IMG/VR virus record: IMGVR_UViG_3300031998_000026 | Coordinates: 1-51,527 of that record | Length of the DNA: 51,527 bases | DNA from: a virus | Lineage: Duplodnaviria > Heunggongvirae > Uroviricota > Caudoviricetes | Strand: one strand, 5' to 3' | In this document: one piece after another, positions 37,388-46,205 of the stretch | Layout of the letters: each line of letters begins with the position of its first letter | How positions within the stretch are numbered: position 1 is the first letter of the stretch | Translations under genes and position numbers: made by a program | Notes under the pieces: model-generated | Told to the model about the DNA's origin: nothing | Seen by the model: only the letters and a program-made list of their open reading frames with translations | Database searches by the model: none

Positions 37388-38418
37388 ACATCTGTGTTCC
37401 ACATTGGCAGGAAACCCCGGAGGAGATGGAGCCGTTGCTCGACTCCATAAAGGTGCAGCGCGCAGTCGACCTCTCGCAGGTCGGCGTGGTGATAGCGTAC
37501 GACGGGCCTGACGCGTCGGAGCTGCCGCTCGACGAGTGGCGCAGCCGATACCCGTTCGCCATCGAGGACGTGCACCCCGAGAAGGGTGGCGTGTCCCACA
37601 CGCGCAACGCGGCGCTCGACGCGAGCGAGGCCGAGTTCGTCATGTTTGCCGACGCGGACGACTGCCTCATGGACAACAGGGGACTGTTCATCGTGTTCAG
37701 GGAGATGGACGCCGACCCCAACCCGCAGGAGCTCGCGGTCATGGGCGTGTCAGAGAAGGACGCCGGCAAGGGCTTCGACTTCCTCGTGTGCGACTTCGTC
37801 GAGGAGAACAAGCGCCCCGACACCGGCAAGATGGACTACCTGCCACACGTGAACAACATGACCTTCGTGCATTCCCAAGTCGCACGCAGGCAGTGGCTCG
37901 TCGACAACGGCATCCGGTTCAACGACGCGCTCACCGTGCACGAGGACAGCTACTTCGTATGTCTCTGCCGCGAGCTGGTGAAGCCGTACCGTGGCAAGTA
38001 CTGTGCCCACCCGTGGTTCCTGTGGTGCTGGCGCGACGCGAGCGTGTGCCGCCACGACCCTGACTACATACTCAAGACCTACAACAACATGCTCGACTCG
38101 AACGACGCCCTCGTAGACGAGTTCACCAGGCGCATGATGCCGGAGAAGGCGAACTCCTACTGCGTCATGATGGTGTTCGACGCCTACTACTGCATGAACA
38201 AGCCAGAGTGGATAGAGGTGAACCACAAGGACTACCGCGACAGGGTGGAGAGGCGGTTCGCCGAGTACTTCCGCAAGCACGAGTCGAAGTGGGACGCCGT
38301 CTCCCCGCAGGAGCGGGCCGTCATATCGAACGGCGTTCGCCAGCGGTCTGTCGGAGAGGGCATGCTCATGGAGGCGATCACGATAGACGACTGGCTGAAG
38401 CGCATAAAGTCGCTGTAA
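37375..38418 (+). CDS. glycosyltransferase family 2 (GT-A), soluble
   Basis: LDICVPHWQE, GGVSHTRNAALD..AEFVMFADADD, GIRFNDALTVHEDSYF, FLWCWRDASVCR. Confidence 0.85.
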   Translation: MRKLDICVPHWQETPEEMEPLLDSIKVQRAVDLSQVGVVIAYDGPDASELPLDEWRSRYPFAIEDVHPEKGGVSHTRNAALDASEAEFVMFADADDCLMDNRGLFIVFREMDADPNPQELAVMGVSEKDAGKGFDFLVCDFVEENKRPDTGKMDYLPHVNNMTFVHSQVARRQWLVDNGIRFNDALTVHEDSYFVCLCRELVKPYRGKYCAHPWFLWCWRDASVCRHDPDYILKTYNNMLDSNDALVDEFTRRMMPEKANSYCVMMVFDAYYCMNKPEWIEVNHKDYRDRVERRFAEYFRKHESKWDAVSPQERAVISNGVRQRSVGEGMLMEAITIDDWLKRIKSL

Positions 38419-38420
38419 GA

Positions 38421-38442
38421 TGAACACAAGTTCTGCTATAAT
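38421..38442 (+). promoter_or_regulatory. extended -10 promoter with LexA-type box
   Basis: TGAAC-ACAA-GTTCT 38421-38434; TG-c-TATAAT 38434-38442. Confidence 0.65.
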
Positions 38443-38491
38443 CGTATCCATGGGAGCAGTGTGCCGAAAGGCCCCTCCGAAACAGAAACCG

Positions 38492-38518
38492 AAGGCCGTC
38501 CGAGAGGGCGGCCTTTTT
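38492..38518 (+). terminator. intrinsic terminator
   Basis: AAGGCCGTCC-gaga-GGGCGGCCTT-TTT. Confidence 0.75.
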
Positions 38519-38553
38519 CATGCCGAGCCGACATCACAGAGAAGGAGCAGGAG

Positions 38554-38772
38554 ATGCCGAAGCTAGTCAGCACGGAAGACCTCAAGGACACGCTCGCCAA
38601 GTACACGGCCAAGGGCGACACGCACTGGGCGCTCAAGGGCGAGATACCGACAGACGAGGAGATAAGGGTCATGGTGGACGTCGCGCTCGACGAGGCCGAC
38701 GTCGTCACGCACCCCGAGGTCTCCGAACTCAGCAGCACCGATATAAGCGACATACTCGCCGAGGCCCAATAG
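38554..38772 (+). CDS. small fibre adaptor-like protein
   Basis: AAGGAG RBS; MPKLVSTEDLKDTLAKY...ELSSTDISDILAEAQ. Confidence 0.65.
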   Translation: MPKLVSTEDLKDTLAKYTAKGDTHWALKGEIPTDEEIRVMVDVALDEADVVTHPEVSELSSTDISDILAEAQ

Positions 38773-38798
38773 GGCAGACAGGCAACGACCAGGAAGTG

Positions 38799-38826
38799 AG
38801 GGGCGTCCCGAGGGGCGTCCCTTTTC
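38799..38826 (+). terminator. intrinsic terminator
   Basis: AGGGGCGTCC-cgag-GGGCGTCCCT-TTT. Confidence 0.65.
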
Positions 38827-38851
38827 ATATCGAGGAAAGGAAGTTCCGGCA

Positions 38852-39817
38852 ATGCCAGACCCCACCATCCGCCACGCAAGCAAGGCAAACCTAATCACCA
38901 TCGTGCAGGGCCTCAAGGCGCTGTACACCAACCAGGACGCGTTCGCCAAGGTAAAGGTCGGCGCGACCACCACGCCAGCATCCGACAAGCAGGACACCTT
39001 CGAGATCGCCGCGGGCGCCAACATCAGCGTGTCCATCGACGGCAAGGTCGTGACCGTCACCGGCGACTACGACGTCGTGACCCAGCTCGCCGACGGCCTC
39101 ATGAGCGCAGCCGACAAGGTCAAGCTCGACGGCATCGAGGACGAGGCCCAGGTCAACGTCATCGAGTCCGTCAAGGTGAACGGCAACACGCTCACCATCG
39201 ACTCCAAGGCCGTCGACGTACTGATAGCCGAGGGCGCCACCAACGGCACCGTCAAGGCCAACGGCGTGGACATCCCCGTGCACGGCCTCGACAACGCCGC
39301 CTACAAGGACGTCGAGACCACCCTCGCCGACGACGGCAGGCTCCCGACCGGCGCCGCGGTCAAGGCGTACGTCGACTCGACGCTCGCATCCGTGTACAAG
39401 CCCGCCGGCTCCTCGGCGTTCTCCTCGCTGCCCACGCCCATCGAGGCCGAGCTCGGCAACGTGTACAACGTGACCGACGCGTTCTTCACCACCTCCGACT
39501 TCGTCGAGGGCGCCGGCAACGAGTACGGCCCCGGCACGAACGTGGTCGTCATCAGCGTCCCAGCGCACTACGCGCCGACCGAGGACACCACCGCCATCGA
39601 GGGCAAGACCTACTACGCCGACGGCTCCGGCACCGAGTTGGACCCCGCACCCGCCGCCGACGCCGACATCACCGGCCTCGACTACTACGAGTACGTCGCC
39701 GAGGCCTTCAAGTTCGACGTGCTGCCCGGCTTCATCGACCTCTCCGCATACGCGCTCACCGCAGACATCGGCGCCCTCACCGCAGCCGAGGTGCAGGAGA
39801 TCCTCGACGAGGCCTAA
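38852..39817 (+). CDS. virion fibre protein (putative)
   Basis: GLMSAADKVKLDGI..AQVNVIESVKVNG, LGNVYNVTD, FKFDVLPGFIDLSAY, ends ALTAAEVQEILDEA; strong GC3 bias. Confidence 0.75.
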   Translation: MPDPTIRHASKANLITIVQGLKALYTNQDAFAKVKVGATTTPASDKQDTFEIAAGANISVSIDGKVVTVTGDYDVVTQLADGLMSAADKVKLDGIEDEAQVNVIESVKVNGNTLTIDSKAVDVLIAEGATNGTVKANGVDIPVHGLDNAAYKDVETTLADDGRLPTGAAVKAYVDSTLASVYKPAGSSAFSSLPTPIEAELGNVYNVTDAFFTTSDFVEGAGNEYGPGTNVVVISVPAHYAPTEDTTAIEGKTYYADGSGTELDPAPAADADITGLDYYEYVAEAFKFDVLPGFIDLSAYALTADIGALTAAEVQEILDEA

Positions 39818-39832
39818 TGAGAGGAACCACGA

Positions 39833-41593
39833 ATGCCTGACAACATCGAGAGGGTCACGGAGCACCCTGTCGGTTCGGTGGGCCTTCGCGTCGTCCGCGA
39901 CTGGGTGAAGGGCCTGGTCGCGAACGACGTCAAGGTCATCGAGACCGACTCGGTCCCCGAGAGCCCGGTCGACGACACGCTCTACGTCGTAGTCGACGGC
40001 GATGACGCCACCTTCATGCTCTGCACCGACGGCGTGCTCAGGGAGGTCGGCGCCGGCGTCGAGACGTACGGCGAGCTGGCGGGCAAGCCCGAGGTCGACG
40101 GCAACGAGGTCGTCGCGGGAGACCAGGCGCACGAGTCGCTCGGCCTCGTGGGCACCGACGACTTCGTCACCACCCCGACCGGCAAGACGAGCGGACTCGA
40201 GATCGTGCTCGCGGCCGGGACGCCCGACAGCCCGACCGTCATCACCGAGATAGACGACTCGGCGGCGATGCAGTACAGCACCGTCCACACCAGCTCCAAC
40301 CACTACATCAACAACCAGCTCGACGCGATCAACGCGGCGCTCGCCGGCAAGCTCAACCTCCTGTTCGTCAACGAGCTGCCTGACCCCCCGACGGCCAACA
40401 CGCAGTACTACGTCGCGACCGAGAGCGACGGCGTGTACGACATCTGGATCGTCGACTCCGTCGGCACCATGCGAAGCGCGGGGACGACCGAGATGGACCT
40501 CGGCGGGCTCGTGCGCGACACCAGGTCGGTCGCGGGCCACGACCTGAGCGCGAACATAACCGCAGCACAGATGGAGGCGGCGCTGAAGGACGAGCCCGCG
40601 ACGCTCACGCACAAGACCATCGACGCCGACGACAACACGATATCCGACCTCACGACCTCGAACCTCAAGAGCGGCGTGCTGTCCACGGCCGTGTCGTCTG
40701 GCTCCACGAACACCCAACTGTCGACCGCCAAGGCCGTCTACGACTACGCGGTGCCCAAGACCAGCGGCACCAGCAAGATCTACGGCACCAACGGCTCGGG
40801 CGCGGCGAACAACTACTCGCTCGCCACGTCAATCTCGTCGAGCTCCACCGACACGCAGCTGCCGACCGCCAAGGCCGTCTACAGCTACGCGGTGCCGAAG
40901 ACCACCGACGCCAACAAGGTGTACGGATCCTCGAACAATTTCGACCGTTCGACCTCGGTATCTTCCAGCTCGACCGACACGCAGCTGCCGACCGCCAAGG
41001 CCGTGTACGGCTTCGCCGTGGCGAAGACCACGAACACGAACCGCGTGTACGGCACCGACGGCAGCGGTAACGCGCTGCAGTACACAGCCACGGGCACGTT
41101 CAACAGCACGGCGAGCAACCAGCTGCTCACGAGGGCAGGGGCCTACAACCTGTACAACGGCGTCGTGAGCGGCAACTACGACACGGTGTTCTGCGGCAAC
41201 TTCATGAGGACCACGGAGCAGTCCGTCTCCGCCAACACGTCCACCGCCATCAGTTGCACCGGCAGTGACGTCTACCGCTCCTCGCTGGTACAGCTCAACT
41301 CCAACGGCTGCAAGATCCTCGTGGCCGGCACGTACCTGTTCCAGGTTGTCGCCCGCCTGTCCGACACTAGCGGGGCCACGCGCCACTGGTACCTCGGCGC
41401 CGGTACCTCGATGACCGACGACGAGAACGGCGGCTCGTGGCTCTACACGTACGAGCGCCACAAGGGCGAGGGGTCGAACCTGCTGTACTGCACGGCGGGT
41501 CTGATAATCAAGCCGCAGGTGTACATCGCAACGAACAGCGGCACGCTCAAGTACGCCAAGATGCGCGTGTTCAAGCTCAACGACAAGCTGTAG
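39833..41593 (+). CDS. Ser/Thr-rich fibre protein with internal repeats and beta-sandwich (C1q/BclA-like) tip, paralog 1
   Basis: Repeats SSSSTDTQLPTAKAVY(S/D/G)(Y/F)AVxKT...K(V/I)YG; C-terminal GCKILVAGTYLFQV domain. Confidence 0.7.
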   Translation: MPDNIERVTEHPVGSVGLRVVRDWVKGLVANDVKVIETDSVPESPVDDTLYVVVDGDDATFMLCTDGVLREVGAGVETYGELAGKPEVDGNEVVAGDQAHESLGLVGTDDFVTTPTGKTSGLEIVLAAGTPDSPTVITEIDDSAAMQYSTVHTSSNHYINNQLDAINAALAGKLNLLFVNELPDPPTANTQYYVATESDGVYDIWIVDSVGTMRSAGTTEMDLGGLVRDTRSVAGHDLSANITAAQMEAALKDEPATLTHKTIDADDNTISDLTTSNLKSGVLSTAVSSGSTNTQLSTAKAVYDYAVPKTSGTSKIYGTNGSGAANNYSLATSISSSSTDTQLPTAKAVYSYAVPKTTDANKVYGSSNNFDRSTSVSSSSTDTQLPTAKAVYGFAVAKTTNTNRVYGTDGSGNALQYTATGTFNSTASNQLLTRAGAYNLYNGVVSGNYDTVFCGNFMRTTEQSVSANTSTAISCTGSDVYRSSLVQLNSNGCKILVAGTYLFQVVARLSDTSGATRHWYLGAGTSMTDDENGGSWLYTYERHKGEGSNLLYCTAGLIIKPQVYIATNSGTLKYAKMRVFKLNDKL

Positions 41594-41604
41594 GAGGGGC
41601 TGAC

Positions 41605-43377
41605 ATGAGGATAATCAGGGACGGCCACACCATCTACAACAGCATCGACAACACGGGCTCGAGCAACGAGGCCGCGCTTGGCGCCCAGTATGCAAAGGGC
41701 AGGCTCGACACGCTTGACGGCCGCTTTAGCGGATACTACACCAAGAGCGAGGTCCACGACCTGCTCACGGGGGTGGCGGCGACGAACATCGTCCCGACGG
41801 TGCCCGCGCTGCCAGAGCCCAACACCTACTACCTCGTCGGCAACGACGGCGAGGGGTACGTCCTCCACTACTACGACACGGAGCTCGAGCACGCCATCGT
41901 CGGGTCCTACGAGCTCAACCTCACTACCGCGATACCGCAGCGCGAAGAGCTCCCGACCGCGGGCGTCGGCTACGGCGGCAAGGTGTTCCAGTACACGGGC
42001 ACCGGCCAGGCGCAGTACGTGCGCGGCAAGTGGTACGTCTGCCAGCAGCAGGCGTACTACGGGTGGCTGGGCGACGGCTCGGCCACCACGGTGTACACGC
42101 GCGAGGAGGCGCCCGATGTCGGCGACGTCATCTACGACGGCACCGGCGCCGCGTACTCCCACGAGGTGGCGTCGCTCTCCGGCACGACCATGACCGACTC
42201 CGACGGCGGCACGTGGACGCGCAGCTCGGCGGCGGACAAGACCGAGTGGGAGTGGGCAGACCTCGCCGACGGGGCAATCTCGGGCGTGTGGAGCACCGAC
42301 CTCGCCGAGGCCAGGGTGCTCGTGTCCGACGCGGGCGGCAAGGTCGCCGCGTCCGGCGTGAGCACCGAGGAGCTGGGCATGCTGTCCGGCGTGACATCGA
42401 ACATCCAGACGCAGCTCGGCAACATAGAGACCACGAACCTCAAGAGCGGCGTGCTGTCGACCTCGGTCAGCTCGAGCTCAACCGACGCCCAGATCCCGAC
42501 CGCGAGGGCTGTGTACGGCTATGCGGTCCCGAAGACGAGCAGCGCGTCCAAGGTCTACGGCACAAACAGCTCCGGCACGGCCACGAACTACTCGCTCGCC
42601 ACGTCGGTCAGCTCCGACTCCACCGACTCACAGGTGCCGACGGCGAAGGCCACCTACAGCTACGCGGTCGCGAAGACCACCGACGCCAACAAGGTGTACG
42701 GAAGCTCCAACAACTTCGACCGCGCGACGTCTGTCGGCAGCAGCTCGACCGACACGCAGCTGCCGACCGCCAAGGCCATCTACAGCTACGCGGTGCCCAA
42801 GACAACCGGCGGCAGCAAGATATACGGCACCAACAGCTCGGGCGCGGCGCTGAACTACTCCATCAACGACACGTACACCAGCTCCGCAGACAACACGGTG
42901 TTCACCCGCAAGGGCGCGTACAACCTGTACAACGGCGTGTTCAGCGGCAACACCGCCATGGTGTTCGCGGGCAACCTGATGCGCAACTCCTCGCAGTCCG
43001 TCTCCGCCGATACGTCGACGGCCATCAGTCTTACGGCGAGCGACATATACCGCTCTGGGCTCATCCAGCTCGCGAGCAACGGATGCAAGATCCTGGTCAC
43101 GGGGACGTACTGGTTCCGCTTCGTCGGACGCCTGAGCGACACCATCAGCACGTCTCCGACCATAAGGTCATGGTATCTGGGCGGCGGCGTCAACACGATG
43201 CTGGACGACCAGGCCGGTGGGCAGTGGATGTACACGAACAAACGTCACAAGGGCGAGGCCACGCTGCTGCGCTACTGCACGGCGGGCGAGGTCATCAAGC
43301 CGTACGTCTACATCGACGGAAACGCCGGCTCCCTGCAGTACGTGACGATGCAGGTGTTCAAGCTCAACAACAAGTAA
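41605..43377 (+). CDS. Ser/Thr-rich fibre protein, paralog 2
   Basis: GGAGGGG RBS, ATG 41605; RVLVSDAGGKVAASGVSTEEL..LSGVTSNIQTQL; same repeats and tip (GCKILVTGTYWFRF). Confidence 0.7.
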   Translation: MRIIRDGHTIYNSIDNTGSSNEAALGAQYAKGRLDTLDGRFSGYYTKSEVHDLLTGVAATNIVPTVPALPEPNTYYLVGNDGEGYVLHYYDTELEHAIVGSYELNLTTAIPQREELPTAGVGYGGKVFQYTGTGQAQYVRGKWYVCQQQAYYGWLGDGSATTVYTREEAPDVGDVIYDGTGAAYSHEVASLSGTTMTDSDGGTWTRSSAADKTEWEWADLADGAISGVWSTDLAEARVLVSDAGGKVAASGVSTEELGMLSGVTSNIQTQLGNIETTNLKSGVLSTSVSSSSTDAQIPTARAVYGYAVPKTSSASKVYGTNSSGTATNYSLATSVSSDSTDSQVPTAKATYSYAVAKTTDANKVYGSSNNFDRATSVGSSSTDTQLPTAKAIYSYAVPKTTGGSKIYGTNSSGAALNYSINDTYTSSADNTVFTRKGAYNLYNGVFSGNTAMVFAGNLMRNSSQSVSADTSTAISLTASDIYRSGLIQLASNGCKILVTGTYWFRFVGRLSDTISTSPTIRSWYLGGGVNTMLDDQAGGQWMYTNKRHKGEATLLRYCTAGEVIKPYVYIDGNAGSLQYVTMQVFKLNNK

Positions 43378-43389
43378 TCGCCGGGTGAC

Positions 43390-43422
43390 ACGCTGGCGCG
43401 GGATACGGTCCCGCGCCAGCGT
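43390..43422. repeat. perfect 14-bp inverted repeat (no U-tract)
   Basis: ACGCTGGCGCGGGA-tacgg-TCCCGCGCCAGCGT. Confidence 0.8.
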
Positions 43423-43445
43423 CGACGGCACCACGAGAACGGAGA

Positions 43446-43661
43446 ATGGCGATGCCGGCACCATCAATGCGGTTCGCGGACCTCGCGAACATGAAGACGC
43501 TGTTCGCCGGGCTCAGGCTCAAGTACGAGCCGAGGGACGCGGCGATAGTGAAGGACGTCGAGTACGTCCACACGGACGAGAACTACAGCTCGTCCGACAA
43601 GACCAAGCTGGACGGGATAACGAGGATAACCAACGCGGAGCTCGACGAGCTCCTCGTATAG
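43446..43661 (+). CDS. small fibre adaptor-like protein
   Basis: RFADLANMKTLFAGL...VHTDENYSSSDKTKLDGI, ends RITNAELDELLV. Confidence 0.7.
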   Translation: MAMPAPSMRFADLANMKTLFAGLRLKYEPRDAAIVKDVEYVHTDENYSSSDKTKLDGITRITNAELDELLV

Positions 43662-43674
43662 GAGAGTGATGACG

Positions 43675-44595
43675 ATGGCATATCTCGACAACGACGGAGT
43701 GCTGTACCTCTGGGGAAAGATCAAGGCCAAGTTCGCAGACAAGGGCGACGTCGCCTCCAAGAGCAGCACGACCCCGCTCGCGAACGGCACGGCGGCGGTG
43801 GGCTCCGAGACCGCGTACGCCGCGGGCGACCACGTGCACCCGACCGACACCACCAGGGCCGCCGCGGCCGACCTTACCGCACACACCGGAGACGCGGTCG
43901 CGCACGTTACCGCGGCGGAGAGGATCGCGTGGAACGCCAACACCGACAACGAGGGCACCGTGACGCAGGTGTCCGCCGGCATCGGCCTCGACGGCGGCGA
44001 CATCACCACGACCGGCACCGTCAAGGCCAAGCTGAAGAGCGAGACCGCCCACAGCGCGAGCTCCGCCACCCCAAGCAACACCGCCGACAGGCAGTACGCC
44101 GTGGGAGTCGACGCCGACGGGTACCTGTCCGTGAACGTGCCCTGGACCGACGATGACACCACCGACCTCACCCAGATGACGGGCGTGCTCGGCATCGCCA
44201 ACGGCGGCACCGGCGCCTCCACCATAACGGGCATCGTCAAGGGCAACGGCACGGGAGCGATGACCGCCGCGACCGCCAGCGACATCAGCACGCTCCTCGG
44301 CAGCACCGCCGTCGACCGCGCCACCGCCGACGCGAACGGCAACGACATATCGGCCACCTACGCCAAGAAGACCGACATCGCCTCGATGTACGAGTACAAG
44401 GGCAGCGTCGCGAGCGCCGCAGCGCTCCCCGCCTCGGGACAGGAGGTTGGCGACGTCTACAACATCGAGTCCTCCTCGGCGTACGGGGCCGCGGGCGCCA
44501 ACGTGGCGTGGAACGGCACCGCATGGGACAGCCTTGGCGAGATATTCTCCATAACCGCCGTCACCAATGCGGAGCTCGACGCCATCTGCGTGTAG
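43675..44595 (+). CDS. virion fibre protein (putative; alternative starts 43666/43669)
   Basis: MAYLDNDGVLYLWGKIK; YAAGDHVHPTDT; GVLGIANGGTGA; RATADANGNDISATY; YKGSVAS..LP..VGDVYN; ends AVTNAELDAICV. Confidence 0.75.
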   Translation: MAYLDNDGVLYLWGKIKAKFADKGDVASKSSTTPLANGTAAVGSETAYAAGDHVHPTDTTRAAAADLTAHTGDAVAHVTAAERIAWNANTDNEGTVTQVSAGIGLDGGDITTTGTVKAKLKSETAHSASSATPSNTADRQYAVGVDADGYLSVNVPWTDDDTTDLTQMTGVLGIANGGTGASTITGIVKGNGTGAMTAATASDISTLLGSTAVDRATADANGNDISATYAKKTDIASMYEYKGSVASAAALPASGQEVGDVYNIESSSAYGAAGANVAWNGTAWDSLGEIFSITAVTNAELDAICV

Positions 44596-44638
44596 GGAGA
44601 CAAATAGGATTGCGTAAGTTTTGAAAGGCAGGTAGCCG

Positions 44639-44905
44639 ATGGCATATCTCGACAACTCGGGGGTCTCGTACCTCTGGGGCAAGATAAAGGGCGCGTTCGA
44701 GACCAAGGACGCGACCATCGTCAAAGACGCCTCGTACGTTCACACGGACAACAACTACACCACGGCTGAGAAGACGAAGCTGTCCGGGATAGAGACTGGC
44801 GCCGAGGCCAACGTGGTCAAGGGCGTCGACGACACCACGATATCCATTGACGCGAGCGGCATCATAAGCCTCGCCCTTCCGAACCTGGACGGAGCAGGTT
44901 ACTGA
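44639..44905 (+). CDS. small adaptor-like protein upstream of LRR gene
   Basis: MAYLDNSGVSYLWGKIK...VHTDNNYTTAEKTKLSGIETGAEANV...ends SLALPNLDGAGY; TGATG overlap. Confidence 0.75.
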   Translation: MAYLDNSGVSYLWGKIKGAFETKDATIVKDASYVHTDNNYTTAEKTKLSGIETGAEANVVKGVDDTTISIDASGIISLALPNLDGAGY

Positions 44906-46188
44906 TGGGATACGGTATAACGAACGACGCGTACTATCCCGCCATAGCGTCTGCAATCCGCAGCAAGGCTGGCACCACGTCAACGTACAGGCCGTCCGAG
45001 ATGGCATCGGCCATTGCGGCCATAGAGACGGGCATGGACCCAGTCCATGCGATCTTATGCTATGTGCCAAGCGGCTCAATGAGTGGAAGCATGTCATTTG
45101 TGAAATCAAATGCTTTCGCCTACTGCTCAGCCCTCACGACCGTCAACATGCCATCCTGCACGACGGTCGGCGACGGCGCGTTCCAGAACTGCACCTCCAT
45201 TACGACCGTCAGTCTCCCGCTCTGCACGTCAGTCGGCGGCAGCGCGTTCGCATCATGCTCAGCCCTCATGACCGTCAGCTTGCCAAAGTGCACGTCAGTC
45301 GGCAACTACGCGTTCCAGAACTGCACCTCCATTACGACCGTCAACCTCCCGCTCTGCACGTCAGTCGGCAACAGCGCGTTCCAGAGCTGCTCGTCGCTCA
45401 CTACAGCCAGCCTCCCCGCCTGCACGACGGTCGGCAACAGCGCGTTCCAGAGCTGTTTCGCCCTCTCGTCCGTCAGCCTGCCTGCCTGCACGACTGTCGG
45501 CAGCAGCGCGTTCCAGAGCTGCTCAACCCTCGCGTCAATCGACCTCCCCGCGTGCGAGACGGTCGGCGACGCCGCGTTCCAGAACTGCTCAGCCCTCGCG
45601 TCCGTCAGCTTGCCAAAGTGCACGACGGTCGGCAGATACGCGTTCGCATCGTGCTCGTTGCTCGCGTCCGTCAGCTTGCCAAAGTGCACGACGGTCAGCA
45701 GCGGCGCGTTCTATAGCTGCTATTCTCTAGCAACCGTCAGCCTGCCCGTATGCACGACGGTCGGCGACTACGCGTTCTATAGCTGCAGCAGGCTCACGAC
45801 CGTCAACCTCCCGTCCTGCACGTCTGTCGGCGGCTGGGCATTCTCTGGCTGCCCGTCGCTCGCGACCGTCAGCCTCCCGCTCTGCACGTCAGTCGGCGGC
45901 TATGCGTTCTGGAACTGCCCCTCCCTCACGACCGTCAGACTGCAAAAATGCACTGTCATCGGCACTGCTGCGTTCTTACGGGACTACAAGTTCGTCAGCC
46001 TGTACCTCACTTCGGTTTCGAAGGTGACAACGCTACTCAGCAAGGACACATTCAACAGCACGCCCATCGGCGGCTACAGCGCGTCGGCAGGACGGTACGG
46101 CTCCGTCTACGTCCCGGCATCGCTCCTCAACAGCTTCAAGACCGCCACAAACTGGGCGTCGATATCAAGCCGCATAGTAGCCGGATAG
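44905..46188 (+). CDS. BspA-type LRR protein 3 (12 full 22-aa repeats, 45151-45942, plus caps)
   Basis: PxCTxVGxxAFxxCxxLxxVxL tandem array with a 66-bp period. Confidence 0.9.
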   Translation: MGYGITNDAYYPAIASAIRSKAGTTSTYRPSEMASAIAAIETGMDPVHAILCYVPSGSMSGSMSFVKSNAFAYCSALTTVNMPSCTTVGDGAFQNCTSITTVSLPLCTSVGGSAFASCSALMTVSLPKCTSVGNYAFQNCTSITTVNLPLCTSVGNSAFQSCSSLTTASLPACTTVGNSAFQSCFALSSVSLPACTTVGSSAFQSCSTLASIDLPACETVGDAAFQNCSALASVSLPKCTTVGRYAFASCSLLASVSLPKCTTVSSGAFYSCYSLATVSLPVCTTVGDYAFYSCSRLTTVNLPSCTSVGGWAFSGCPSLATVSLPLCTSVGGYAFWNCPSLTTVRLQKCTVIGTAAFLRDYKFVSLYLTSVSKVTTLLSKDTFNSTPIGGYSASAGRYGSVYVPASLLNSFKTATNWASISSRIVAG

Positions 46189-46205
46189 AATGGAGCTGAA
46201 CTATC

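Noticed and set aside
34561-38418. DNA hypermodification pathway (Dcm -> 5hmC -> glycosyl)
   Set aside because: No TET/JBP dioxygenase or hydroxymethylase in the window, and Dcm is coupled to a cognate REase 28 kb away. Not excluded for genes outside the window.
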